From: Tubulanus polymorphus
Taxonomy: Eukaryota > Animalia > Nemertea
Direction of reading: 5' to 3'
NCBI RefSeq assembly: GCF_964204645.1
Contig: NC_134027.1
Span: forward strand, 9,580,485-9,644,484
DNA length: 64,000 nt
Position 1 is the stretch's first letter; each line of letters opens with the position of its first letter. The translations under genes and the position numbers were made by a program. Below, piece by piece: positions 40,595 through 54,500 of this stretch. Below the pieces are notes generated by a model. It was not told the DNA's origin and ran no database searches. It worked only from the letters and a program-made list of their open reading frames with translations.

Positions 40595-43500
40595 ATGATA
40601 AGAAAGGCTAGTAAACACATAGTATGTGGCATTTCTGGTGGAGTGGACAGTGCAGTTGCTGCGATGCTGCTGAAAAAGAAAGGTAGGCCTACACTACCTG
40701 TTCCCGAGGCCTAAGGCCTAACCTAGTTAGTTACCTAAAATTGTTGGTGGTAAGCTATTATAATCGGATGGGCTTATACTTGTGGTTTGCAAAAATATCT
40801 GATCCGGTTACTGACTTGGGCCTAACGAACCCTACCCTTGGGCCTGGCCTTCCTTGCCGCTGTAAGGGGCCTTGGCCTTAGTGTGAAAATGCTCATTAGC
40901 TATGATGGGACATCCTTCCTTAGCAGGGATGCGAATCTAATAGGCCTAGTGATGTCATCGCTTGACTCAGCACAAAACCTTGCCATGCTAACCCTAGTCT
41001 GAATACCAGACATTGTTACGGTCCCCTGTTTGAGGAACAACATACTATACTATACTACGCTAACCCTGGTACGCAGGTTTGCCTAGTGATAACAACTTGT
41101 GGCGTCAATCAGATTGCTCACGGAGTATAATCCCTAGGTGAAGCAAATTTCACAGATTAACTGGGCTAAAATGGACCAGTTGCTGATTGGCTAATAAGCC
41201 TAATGACATCATCTAAGCTAAGTTGTGGTACACCTTTATAAATCGGTTGGGCTTAGGCCTGTGGTTTTGACAATATCCATGGACAGGTTACTGTCTATAT
41301 AGGCCTAGTTCAAATCCCTACCAGAGGGTGGAAGGGATGAATGAATGGCTGTTTGCCCACGGGCTTGTACTTCAAACTGGGGATCCAAAATCTAAGCTTA
41401 AATAACAGTAAAATCCTGGGATTAGGAACGAACAAGTCTAGTCACTGTTTGTCTGCTGGGAACTGACAACACTGAGTTTCTATTTCTAATTTACCAGCCA
41501 GGTCTCGCCAGGTTTTAAAATGTTTTAAATCAAATCTTTTAGGTCATCGTGTAACCGGTGTGTTTATGCGTAACTGGGATGGTCGAGATGAATTCGGTGT
41601 TTGTTCAGTCGATAAAGATTTAGAAGATGCGGAATATGTATGCAAGAAACTAGATATACCTCTGCACGAGGTAAATTTTGTCAAGGAGTACTGGAATGAT
41701 GTTTTTTCGTAAGTTTCCAGTAACAGTTTGTAAACTTAGCTAGTCTGAAATGCTGGAGAGTTTTTAATACTGGACATACAAATATCTAATCATTATTGAA
41801 ATGTTCTCCATATGCTGGAATTTTAAAGGGGCTGCATTCATTGTTAAGCGTATGACTTCGTGGCTGCTGAAGTAGCGAGGCTTTTGATCTCCGAAAATTA
41901 AAGAAATCCAAGCTTAATTTTGGTGTAATCTTCTATTTCTGGTAGGGGCAGCAGATATTTCATAAGGAGTCACTGATTTTCAGAGGGATGGACGTAAGAA
42001 TGAAAGGGGTGGCCGCCCCTACAAAACCTGTTGTGGAAAACTCTGATTAAATGTTGGAGTGAAGAAATTTTCTTAATGATGTTCTTTTTCCACCCTCAGG
42101 TACATGATACGAAGCTATGAAAATGGTTACACCCCGAATCCCGATATACTTTGTAACAAGCACATTAAATTCAATGCATTTTTGGACTATTCGGTCAACC
42201 GCCTGGGAGCTGACTATGTCGCAACAGGGCATTACGCTAAAACGAGTTCTGGAGAAGATCCGCATAGATTCGACACTTCACAAGGTATAGCGCAACTTAG
42301 CAGACATGATATTTTAACATCAGTTTTGGTTACCGGTGTCTTGATGTTATTTCATTATAGGCGTAAAATTGCTGAAAGCTCAGGATCACTGGAAGGACCA
42401 GACATTCTTTTTGTCCCAGATTTCACAGATGGCATTGCAAAAAGCCGTATTTCCAATCGGTGATTTCCACAAAAATATTGTCAAAGAAATAGCCAAGCGT
42501 ATTGGCTTAGAACGCATAGCTGCAAAGAAAGAGGTAAGTTATATTTTTCCTGGACATACATTGGTCTAAATTGACTGAAGCTTAAGGTTGGTCTTAGATA
42601 CACGATTGCTTGTAGTGAAAACCAGCTAAAACTAGTCTTAACATTCTTTCCACAGAGTATGGGCATGTGTTTCATTGGTTCCCGGGACTTTAAGACCTTC
42701 ATTGAACAGGTGAATACTTAAAATAAATTGTGTATTATGTCCTGTAATGATATCCAAGATATTGGCCTATGGTGCTCTAGCAGCTATTCTAAGCAATGGG
42801 AATATTGAGAATATTCGTAAAGTAGCCGAATCAGGTGAATGACTCATTCACCTGATGAAGTTTCTATTCATTAGAAGCGAAAGTTCGTGCGTCAAATAAA
42901 TAGTTAACTTATACAATACTACTCGTCTCGTTACTTGCCATAAATCTTATACATGTTGTTTATTTGGACTAACTTTCAGTACATCCAACCAAAAACTGGC
43001 AATTTCATCAATCTTGAAACTGGTAACAAAATTGGTACCCATAAAGGTAAATATGGTTCTGGATTAGGGTTCGTATTGAGCTCATTATAGAAAATAATTA
43101 CAATGGTATAATGTATTCATTTTGCTAGGAACTCATTATTTCACACTTGGGCAACGAGCAAATATATCCGGTCTGAAACATGCCATGTTTATCGCTGAAA
43201 TGGACCACAAAACTCAAAATATATTTGTGGTGAGTGAATGCCAATGTCAGGTGGTATTTTGTACAAATTGGGGGTGGCGTGCATTGAAATTTAGAGGGGG
43301 TTATAGAAAGATATTCAGGGTTCATAGTGAGTGGAAAGTGCTTACTTTTGAAAAAATTTAGTAAGTGCTCATTTTAAATATCGGTTGTACTTTCGTTTCA
43401 TAAAAATTTCAATAAGTGCTTGTTGACTTATTTGCTTTTGAATCAAGAGTATGGACAATTGAATTGTGAGTTATGCCAATATCTATGTCTTTATAAACAT

Positions 43501-44129
43501 TAAGTCCATAATAGCTTGTCCTCTACTTCTATCTACTGTTCCCTTGTTGTAAGTAGACCACCAATCAAAATGTTGTGGATTAGAACAAGGGCCTCGGTCT
43601 TAAATGACAAGAAAAATGTCACCTCTACCTTCATAAAAAGCACTTACTTGTACTACTATCAAAAAGTGCTTTCCTCAGCCTTATTACTATGAACCCGTCA
43701 TTATCAACTGCTATACAAATGTAGTTATTCAGCGTGACCAGAGCCATTAAGCTAATATTTGCTAATTATTTTCTAAAATTACAGGTACCCGGGACTAATC
43801 ATCCGGCCTTATTCACGCAAACTTTGTTCACAAAACCGGCGCATTGGATTCATTTGCCACCACGCGATTTGTTACAGAACCAAATGTTCGATTGCGACTT
43901 TCGTTTTCAACACGTGCACCCGCTCGTCAAATGTACACTAACGCTCAGTGGCAGTAACTGTTTAATCGTGTCGTTCTCGCAACTGATGAGAGCTGTTACG
44001 CCTGGACAATTCGCCGTATTCTACAAGGATGAGGAGTGTCTTGGCAGCGCGGAGATCGTGCGCACCGGGCCATCATCGTACGTGATGAATGGATCAAAAC
44101 CGATTGAAAATCCAAACGAATTCAGTTGA
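40595..44129 (+). CDS. TRMU: Mitochondrial tRNA-specific 2-thiouridylase (MnmA family), 8 exons
   Basis: SGGVDS PP-loop, [60 protein letters not shown]. Exons approx. 40595-40682, 41543-41708, 42101-42284, 42361-42532, 42656-42709, 42980-43046, 43129-43229, 43785-44129. Confidence 0.95.
40723..40816 (+). repeat. Family A repeat in TRMU intron 1 (a more decayed copy lies at about 41221-41297)
   Basis: Matches the 28557-28676 core and ends. Confidence 0.7.
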
Positions 44130-46199
44130 TAATACGCCAGATTAGACAATATATTAAAATTTTAAGTATCAATAAATATTTATCATGAGCCACGAGTGAA
44201 ACTTTCCTTTTATTATTCAAAGGCTTTTCAAAGGTTTGGTTTAGTTTTACTTACTGAATTTTACTCCAGTTGAAGGCTGAAAGTAAGAAGACTAGAAGGC
44301 TGAAAGGTTGCAGATTTTAGCTAATCTTACTCAGTCGTCGAGTTGAAAATGTGTGTATCACAGATGACATGACTCTTGTCGAGTTGGGGATGAATCTATC
44401 TTGTTCATTAGCCTAATGAACCCTATAATAGGGCTCATTCAATTAGCAACGTACGCACATAGTATAATATTCTCATCAGAATGCATATGGTTATGTATGC
44501 GGGGGAGGCCGTGGTTATAAATTCTCCATACGCAGTGTTATCTTTGTCATTGAGCCATTATAACCATAATATTGCATAAGTCATTAATAAAGACAACTAT
44601 TTAATTACTGTCCGTAATTGCTTTCGTCTTCTAGTTTCATATGTCACCGGGAGACATTGAGGTTACGTTCACAATGGATAAATAGTTTTCTAAGGCTTTT
44701 GAGCAAATGCCTATGTTCGAGGCAAGCAAAGACATGAGGCTCATACGTACACGAAGGGATAGTTGCAAAAAGTATGATGTGCATAAGGTAGGGGGTTAAA
44801 AATCGGCAAGGGCATTTGTGCGTAAAGGTGTATGCACTAATTAAATGATCCCTTACAAGGCAACTTAGCAGGTGGATTTTTAGCCCTCCTTGAAACAGAA
44901 GTAATATATCAGCCAAAGAATACCGTACTACGAAATGGTTTTTTTTAAAGGTGAGCTATATTTACAAAATCAAGTTATATTAAGAAAATACAGAGTAGCA
45001 CATCATTTTCACGCAATTGGATTTTCAATTTGGACTCCCTCTGGAATACATATGTTGTGTAAGTTTTTACATATATCATAATGTCTATGATCCCATTGAC
45101 TTAAACAACGAGCAACTATCAACAGTGAGAATGAGTCACTCTGGAATATTACGTAATAATGAATACAAAATAATGCATTAATAATCATATTACTAATATC
45201 ATTGATAATAATAAAGCTTTTGCTAAAATTTGGACAATCTAGTGTTTATATTAATGATAAATGTTGCCAATTATAATTATAATATACATTTGAAATATTT
45301 GACCTACGTCGCGGGACTCCACTAAAATAAAACGGAAAAATTACAAAACATTTTGAAACAATTTGTGACAAATAAATTAACATACACACACTGGAAACAA
45401 CTGATTCAACTTTAAGGCAATTAAAGCCTTAGTTTTTAGGAATTTCATTGCTAACTAAGGCATAAAGCCAAGAAAACAATTTGGCCAGATCCAATAGCGT
45501 AGTTGACGGATGTTTGCGACAGTTCCCATCAGGGCCAAATTCTCAAAAGCCTATCGAATAATATACAGTGAAACTATCACCGCATTTGATCAAATCTAGG
45601 AAACATGTATGACAGCCATGTAGAATATGATCATAAACTGAATGATTTACATCGCCTATTGTACTGGTCCATAGATGCTACGTATCAAAATTGATTGACT
45701 ACATACCCAATAAGTAAAATTTTTGAACAAAATACTTTGACAAGACGAGAGAACATAATGCCTGTGGCAAAAAAGACATTTTTGGAAAATTTCTGTCAAA
45801 ACTAAAACAATCTAATGTTGACTGCCAGCCCATATTTTCTAAACGAAATTTCAGTTACTCGGGCACATTTCAATTGAGTACCACTGTCTCCAAAAATATA
45901 TATAAACTAGTTTTTGGTTCGATCTCAAAACAATAGATGCATTGACAACTGGTTCGCCACGCGTCCATAATTTACATCTCGTGCAGGCTGGCATTAAACG
46001 CGTTGAAGTACGGTGTCCAGGAACAGCCTTGATGATCTGGTTAGCTCTACAAATGTTCCCGTCACTCTCTATACTTAGACTAAAAGTGTGTAATAATGAA
46101 GATCAAGTCAATCCAATTCATATATAATAATAATAATCATAATTGATAATAATTCAAAACGTAAATAATGGCAGCGATAAACCTCCCGCGAAGACCGAA

Positions 46200-49100
46200 T
46201 CAAATTTTTTGTAGTTCGCTGCCGATTTTATAGCTGATCAATTTATTCCAGTCGATTTTCGTTCGAGTGATAGGAAGTTGTCGCCGCAGTGCTTTAAACG
46301 TTGTTTCGGCCATTGATTGGTAGTTCTCGTTGATTGCCGACTGAAAAACAAAAGCAACACATTCAACTGCAAACTAGGGTTGGTTAACAGGGGGATTTAA
46401 GGGGGGGGGGGTGTACCCCGAAACAGGGCATATCCTAATTACAAGGGCGTTCAGAAAGAAACTCATCAGGCAACACATAATTTATTTTTGAGAATACAAG
46501 AACAAGCTTATGAATATCACCTTTTTTAAGTATCAGTTCAATATTTATCATTTCTCCCTAAAATTTTAGGGCATTTCGACATGTGGCGAAGGCCGTGCGC
46601 ACCCCCTGAATCTGCCCCTGGTTGAGATTTGACCATTATTCCATATTTCACTGAGCTGATTCAATGATCAGGGAAATTGATACAGTCTCTACACGGAATT
46701 CTTTAATACAAATGGTACAACGCGACCAACCCGGGTTCCTTATTCGAAAAAGTTCTTTTCGATTTTAACGCATCACAAATAACAAAGTGATTAACAAATC
46801 AATACCTGGTAATCGCTTTCTGCATCAGCAACAATTTTACAAATTTCTGTAGCTGCCTGAGTCTCGCTCTGAAATAAAGAAATAGTAAAATAGTATGTCA
46901 ACGCAGACAGACAAACCGGCTTTATCCAGATAATCTTAGGCCAAAAAAAAGATGTCTTGTTTCTCATGATTTTGAAATCCCGCCCGCATCGGAAAAATCA
47001 TCGGCAAATTAGCGATAAAAATTAAGTCCGCCCTCCCGCATCATAGCTCGAAAATAAATTTGTTTTTTATAGAAATTAAAATCCGCCCGCCCGCATTGAT
47101 ATAATACGCATATCGTCATCTTTTTATCATTTTATTTCTCTATGAACGTATCGAGAAAAGTTGATCGTATAAATATCATCGGCACCACACTGGTGACTCG
47201 AACCCATATCAACGCAGTCGGTTACCGTAGGCCTAAATGACAAATGCCAAGGTCGATGTGGAGCTTGATTTCTGGCGTGATTCTTATTTCGAAGCGATTT
47301 CTCTTGGTAAAATAAAAAAAACTACCTCCCGCATCTGAAGAGAATATGTCAGAGGGATATTTTTATTGATATAATAAAAATAAAAAGACACCTCCCGCAT
47401 CTCCAAAAAAAATTCAAACAGTTCTTTTTATTTCTACTTTTTTTTTTTAAATACATAAAAATAAAAACCCCCGCTCTCGTCATGGTAAAAAACAAAAGTG
47501 TGATGAGAAACAAGGCATCTTTTCTTTTGGCCTTAGTGGTATCATGTAATCATAACGAATCTACCTGAAATAATGATCATTAAAATGAGATTGAATAGGT
47601 TTCAGACTCTCACTAGAGGACATCATTATCTATTCTAATTCACCACATAAGAGTGTGTCTATTCTACTAAGATATTCTCGCATGATCGATTTGGCTTGGC
47701 ATCAAATCAATCAAGACATGGCGTCTATATAGCGGGATTTTTCGTTATTTTGTCATCCCTAGTTATGGATTTGATGCAGTTTTCTATCAACGATGTCCTT
47801 CGTAAACTTACCTTGATTACCAACGGCTCTTTGATGTCCTTTGAACTGACTAATTGCACGTTGCCATCTTCATAATAATGGACCTATAACGCCATAACAG
47901 AAATTGAACATTATCCATTTACAGTTACCGACGTGTAACTGCGATAGATTTTTTAAATCTTTCTGACTTAAGATTGTACCTGAATTTTAAGTAAACCTTT
48001 CAGTTCAGCAGTGCCACCAGATTTGGGGAATGTCACAGTCCACGTCGATCGCCATCGGCCATTCCTAGAAATAACAACAGCGCATAATTCACGCTCTAAG
48101 TAAATTTCACATAATTTACTCACTCGAGTTTGATTCTAATCATCCTTTTACATTTTGTGACGACGCAATTCATTCTTACCAAAAATTTTGGGGCGAAAAT
48201 TGATGGCTCTCGATGCAAACGTTTAACGTTATGTTACCACCCGACGAACTACCGAACACCGCGTAGCAGCCCTGTTTGTAGTGATCCGGTACGTATTGTG
48301 ATAGTGCGGAGTCTAATGCCGATCGCCAGCCCTCGGACGCGTTGTCGATATTAACCGGTTCGCAGTTAGAAGCTTCTTTACGTAGATGGTCATAACTGAA
48401 TATATAAAATATATATATCAACGTTTATAATCTGTAAGACTTGCAGACGGTTCTACCAATCTCAATGTCATTAATGTTACACGTCATTAGGAAAATTTAG
48501 AAGAATGACATAAGTTATGCCAAATTCTTAGAGTTTTTAAGTATGCTGCACAGTAAGCTTCGAATCTTCGAAAACCTTATTGATAAACTATGATAAAAGA
48601 GAACTGGGCTTTGAAATTTAGTGTGGTAGTCATCAATCATTGTATAAATTAACTAATGCAATGGCTATAAATGTGTGTGAAAATATTTGCAGGGGGCCAA
48701 TCGGAGGCAAACGAAACTTCAGCCAGTCAGTGAGCAGGAATTCTCATTATAGACTATCACTGATGCAGTCACAATGGACCAGTTAGTAGAGCACTACACT
48801 TGCACCTATTAAACCAGAAGTTTAAGAGTCTTGTTCGCCTCTAATAGTTCTGGTCTCCAAGGATACACGTTATTGAAGTTCATATGGTTGCCTAGATAGT
48901 TTCTAAATTGTCCGACTAAATTCCATGGCAAATAAATCAAAGTTTGAAATTCTGGGCTAAAAAAATCATGTGTGGTTTTCACGGGTATTGCTCTAGTATA
49001 CATTATTCAGAATAAACATTGTTTAAGCATTAACGACGTTCAAACCTTGCAATACAGTCGCAAAGAATTTACACGTTTCGGTCTTTTTCAAAGAACGCCT

Positions 49101-50654
49101 CGTGTTCTATGTTTATTGCCAATGACATTGAAATATATTCAATTCAAACTGACCTGAATTTTTGCTTTGTCCTGGGGTCGAAGAAAGTCCCATCTCCCAG
49201 ATCGTTGTATTGTGTTATCAACACCTGTAAAGATAGAAAAGTATTTGTTCTATGACAGCACCAAATCACCGGACTGCCAGAGTGGCGTAGGAATGTTAAC
49301 ACGACATGAAATTACAATTTCATTTTCAGAATACATCAAAATTACCTGTTTATCGGACCCTGGAATTTTGCATGGCACGTATTGATCCTTGTTATACTGC
49401 GCGAAAGCACTACAAATAAATAAAATTAATTTTACACTTCTTCGAAGTTATTTCTAGGGGCACATAATCTATTCGATAGCAGGATTTCATAGGACTGTCA
49501 CAGAGCTCTGATACAAGCTATCAGTGTTGAATCCTTGTGAAGATATCACGACGAAGTTGCAAAGTACTGTATGACACTAGTTCTAACTAGGTATTGTCTA
49601 TGGAAGAGTAGACCCTGTAATCAATATATTCAATCAGCCAATCCTTTCATGATAGAATTTTCACTTCTCTATTTTCACGCCTCTAATTTGAACATATAGC
49701 TTTTATCATTAAATCGAAGGCTTTCATTGTAACCCAACTGTATATTCCAATACGTATAGTCTAGTCATGAATTACCTGGAAGCCTCTTCTTTCAAAAGCT
49801 TGTCATTGCTAAGAAGAATTCTGACGTCATTGAATACTTCATTGAACTCGCCCGGTGGAGCGCGCAGAATAAAATCAGATGCTATCCTCACCTAAAACAC
49901 AAAATGCATAAATAGGTTTCAATCAAATAAGAATACTGAAGTTAGGCCATCCTGACTATAGTAGAGCCTGTTATAACTCGGATAAACCATTCCAAATGAA
50001 CTTTAATGTCCTTGGTTAGTCAGTAACCTGGGTCCAGTTCCACAGTTCCGAGTTAACATTTAACTCTTGAGTTAAATCACTGAAAATGAACTAACTTTAA
50101 CTCACAACTGTGGAAAGAAATAAACAAAAACGAACAAAATGGCGGTCTTTTCTCGTCGATTTAAAGCTCAATTTTTCGAGAATATTCATCAATCCTTCTA
50201 AACAGTGTAAAATGGATATAAAAACGATGATTCATCTGGAATGCACAACTCTGTTGATTCGATTAAGACCAATTTGAGGTATGCACACCCAAAATTAAGC
50301 GAAATATCCCAAAAAGATCGTGGACAATCCAAAATAAATAGACTGGCAGCAACACTTTTTAGGAAAAAATTATTAATTTCCGGGTTATTCTAGTACCTAG
50401 CCGTTGTTCCTGGAACAAGGGGAAGCCTAAACCTACTCATTTGTCTGGTTACAAAAATCCAGCAGAATACACTTCCGGGTTTGTTTGATCTTACAACAAC
50501 GTCGAGCTTTTTAAAAAGAGCAGGAATAGGATAGGAATAGAATCGAAGAAATGGGATTCTCAGAAATATCGATGATATCGAAATCAAGCTCTCAGTTGAA
50601 ATGTTGAACTGTTACCTGTTCAGCTTCAGAAATTGGTTCATCGTAATCTGTCAT
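46200..50654 (-). CDS. CAPZA: F-actin-capping protein subunit alpha, 9 exons
   Basis: [13 protein letters not shown]|[77 protein letters not shown], ending KIGSELQKI*. Confidence 0.96.
46388..46620. mobile_element. Decayed hAT-like element related to the 1488-2330 termini
   Basis: Left end CAGGGGGATTTAAGGGG, right end CCCCCTGAATCTGCCCCTG. Confidence 0.45.
46939..47532. mobile_element. PIF/Harbinger- or Zator-type MITE (594 bp) in a CAPZA intron
   Basis: About 30-bp TIRs GGCCAAAAAAAAGATGTCTTGTTTCTCAT / ATGAGAAACAAGGCATCTTTTCTTTTGGCC; 3-bp TSD TTA; internal CCCGCAT repeats. Confidence 0.8.
50038..50115. mobile_element. Small palindromic MITE remnant in CAPZA intron 1
   Basis: TTCCACAGTT..GAGTTAA / TTAACTC..AACTGTGGAA inverted ends. 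Confidence 0.5.
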
Positions 50655-51590
50655 TTTCGTGTTTCCTAGTGCGTAGACACGCCTAAATAAAGTAAGCAAC
50701 CACTTTTTCAACAGTGGATGGCTCCGATATATATCCGAATCGCGATAGCCATTTACGCAATTAGGGCGGCTCCAACTGACAAAAATCAGATGCAAATCTT
50801 TATTGCGCCTTATTTGTACGAACACGCATTGGTTAAGGGTTATTAAGTAGCACGAAATAACAAAACTATAACAGCAATTAAATAGCATGCAAGACAAAGA
50901 TAAGTGGGGAAGTTTAAGATAAGTGGGGAAAAAAGAAAATTAAAAGATACACGTATAAAATTCAATACTCCCGAAAAGAACGGCTCCATTTCAACCAATA
51001 CATAGTTAAAATTTGATGCGAGAAAGGATAACTTTTCTCGTCGATATTTTCACCCAGCACTGGCAGTGGTTGTCTCCACCAGTGATCTCCGTCGCTCTTA
51101 CGATCCTAGCGTAACCAACTGTGGTACATCAGACACTAAGATTCTTGGTGAAGTCGATATTATGAATAATCGGTGCCTACGGAGACGTCAGCCCTAGTGA
51201 TTTCAAATGTAATCAAATATTGATTGAATTACACCGAGCGCCGGGACAGATTTTTCACCTACGTATTGACCGAACAAACCTGCATTGCGGACGATCGTGA
51301 TCTCTAGAGAGTGACATCGTATCTCCGTTTTTAATTTTTTGAAAAATGATGCGGCTTCCCTTACGGATCAGTACTATAATTATCCGCAGGCTCCAATCAA
51401 TCTTACGTTTTTGTGCCGGCAATGGAGTTACTATCATTCTGCTAATTATAAGATATTTTAAGAATCAGCACCATCAAACCGTAAATTTCTCCAAAACTGT
51501 TAGGTCCCGCACATGGTGCATCGGACCTAGTGCTTGCAACTGAAGGTAGGATCAATAAACACGCCAAATTTGAATTCGCATTTATCCAAC
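50655..51590. promoter_or_regulatory. Probable bidirectional promoter region between CAPZA and IPO4
   Basis: Divergent ATGs about 940 bp apart; TSSs cannot be determined from sequence. Confidence 0.55.
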
Positions 51591-54500
51591 ATGGCAGCCT
51601 CCTTGGAAAACGTGCTGAAACAACTTTTAATACCGAATAATTCAATTATCCAACAGGTAGGCAGTTATTTTTGTTAATATGATCGTTGAATTGTAATTAT
51701 GTCAATCTTGGAATTAAGATTGTTTTCACCATTGCAATATATGTTGTGGGTGTAATTGAGAATTATGTTAAAAAAGACCCAAGAAGTACCGGTGGTAACC
51801 AGACCACAGTCCAGTCAGGAACACTTTCCAAAAAAGGCTTATTCTGCCAATTTCGGCGTTTTCCGCCAATAACGGCAGAATCAGCCATTTATGGATTACT
51901 CAGTTTTAAACTGCTTCTGCCAATTTAGCCGAAATCGGTGTTTTCTGCCATTTTTGGCTTGTTCTTAAAAACGCCATTTCCGCCGTTTTCAGCTGTTACA
52001 GTTTTTAAAACTATATCGCCAGAAACGACGTTTTTAGCTTAGATAGTTTTACAGGTGCTATTTATAGTGCTTAGTTCGATGGGAGTCCTTATTATGACAT
52101 CATCGCTTTCCTGCTGGCATACATTTGTATATTTTCGCCGAAAAATTAATCTCATTGATCCATTCCAGGCTTCAAGAAAGAATTAAATATAAATGTACGG
52201 GTTTCCGATGGCAAATGTATTTGAATTCTGTTCTTTCTGTATACCTGTATTCTATGTAATAAATATATACATACATGTATCCCAAATTGTTTCGAAAATG
52301 TTTGTTGTATTTTGAAATGAGTCTAGATACAGCTGTATTGATTTTGAGTTGTAACGTCATCGGCCACCAATTCATTCAATCACTATCCATCACAAGTCCA
52401 ATTAGCTTGGAGGCATCAAAGATCTTAATTACCTTCAATTAACCAACACCATGCAGTCCAATATATCCCTCAACCATTCTATGCTTTATTAGGCAAGATA
52501 AGACCATGGGCAAAACTTAAAACTAGATTTTTGATACACTAGTTTATACGTCCATGATTGATTTGTCTTATGAGAATGATAATTATAATAATAATAATAA
52601 TTTTATTTTTAACATATAATATTGACACATCCGTTCAACTCAGCAAATTAATTATTTTATTCCGAAAAAAGTACAGTGGAGACACTAGGGAAAACGTCTA
52701 AGTGGGTGGGGGAATCCTCATATATAACAAGTGGACTGCCAATAATGGCTTTAATAATAGTTTATGATTATAAAACTAACTACGCCAAAAACGGCGGAAT
52801 ACGCCAGAAATGATGAATGTTTTTATGTGTACCCATGGCAACGTTTACTTGAAAACTTTATAATAATTTTTAAAACTAGTTCCCAAATTTATTTTTAACA
52901 AAAATCATGATTAATAAACTTGTTTCATGCTGTAGTAGTTTTGAGAGTTTTCCCGGAGTTTTTGGGCTTCATATGACGTAATCATTTAGAAAAACGTAAA
53001 TTTGACCACTTTACCTAGCTCAAAAATTTCCATCCTAGCGTCATATGAAAGCTTATCGTCTGCTCGAGATTATAACGTAATCGGCAACATGCGCTAATTG
53101 GACCGGAAGTGCGCAAAAAACTTTGAAGCAAAACTCGAAACTTAGTGAGCTGAAACTGGCTGATTAAGCCATAAACGACTGAAAGTTTCAAAACTGAGTG
53201 ATCCATAAACGGCTGATTCTGCCGTAATTGGCGGAAAACGCCGAAATTGGCAGAATAAGCCGTTTTTGGAAAGTGTTCCTGACTGATAACGACGTGTAAC
53301 TGTAATTTATCCATTTATCACTCACGAATTTGAGCGTAGACGTAGTGCAGACAGTACTGTGACAATAACTTAGTTCTCTCTTTATTGAACATGGATGTAG
53401 GCCTATTGCAACATAGCAAACATCTATTCAATCGTTTGTGGTTTAATACAAGAATCTGGCTGTCTACAGCATAGAGGATGGGGGCCTAGCGCATCTCGGT
53501 AGTCGGGGCTCCAAAATTGATTGAAGATTCGAACCAGTAGCCTAGGTACCACCTATAGACATCAATTATGCTGTAATCCTGGGTGTGGATTTCAGGCTCC
53601 TCAGGTCCTTACCAGGTATTAGGCTATAGACGACATCCCATAGTTTTTAATTGCATTTCGGCCTCCAAATTATAACCCAGCATTCTAATGATTTCAGGCT
53701 ACCCAGCAGATCAAGGAGGCTTTTAAAGATCCATCCGTTGTACCTGCCCTTACTGAAGTACTTGCCACATCAGCAGATCCACAGGTATACCTACTAAGCC
53801 CATGTAACTGATAATATACCAACTTAATAAATTGTTATTTTACAAGCTTTTTAAGATGTGAATGGTAAGATGAATTTTCTTATTTTTAGGTACGCAATTA
53901 TGCAGGGGTTCTTTTACGAAGGAAAATTGCGAAACAGAAACAGTGGAAGGCATTATCTCAAGAAATAAGGCATACGTAAGTTTTCGCTCATCTTCATTCA
54001 TTTTAATGTTCATCTAAATTTTCAATCTCGTGATTTGCAAAAAGTTAGTTTTTTCATTTGAATCAAATTCATCTCAATTTTTCTCTCCTCTTAATTTTTT
54101 CTGCAGGCCTTTATTATTTGAAAAAATATTCAAATAATTAGAAAAAAGTTTATTTTTATTTTTTTCTCTCTGCCCTCCCACTTTTTTCTTGAAAAAAACC
54201 ATACTCCAAGTAATTTAAAAAAGACCTGATAGTTTTTATGTGAAATTTTTGTCAATGAATATATTATTCTTCATTAATTAAAGCATTTTTTATACATTCC
54301 AGTATTAAACAGAACATTCTACAGGTCCTTATTCAAGAAAATGAGTAAGTTGTGGATCAGTCAACCCTTTTTCAGTCATTCATCCGGACCGAAGATCTTG
54401 TGTATGTTACATCTTTTTTCAGGAAACAAGTACGAAATTCGATAGCGCAAGTGATCGGAACTGTCGCTAAACATGAGCTCGACGAAAGCCAATGGCCGGA

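Noticed and set aside
40595-44129. MnmA as a bacterial or horizontally acquired gene
   Set aside because: It has eight exons with canonical introns and is the normal nuclear-encoded mitochondrial TRMU.
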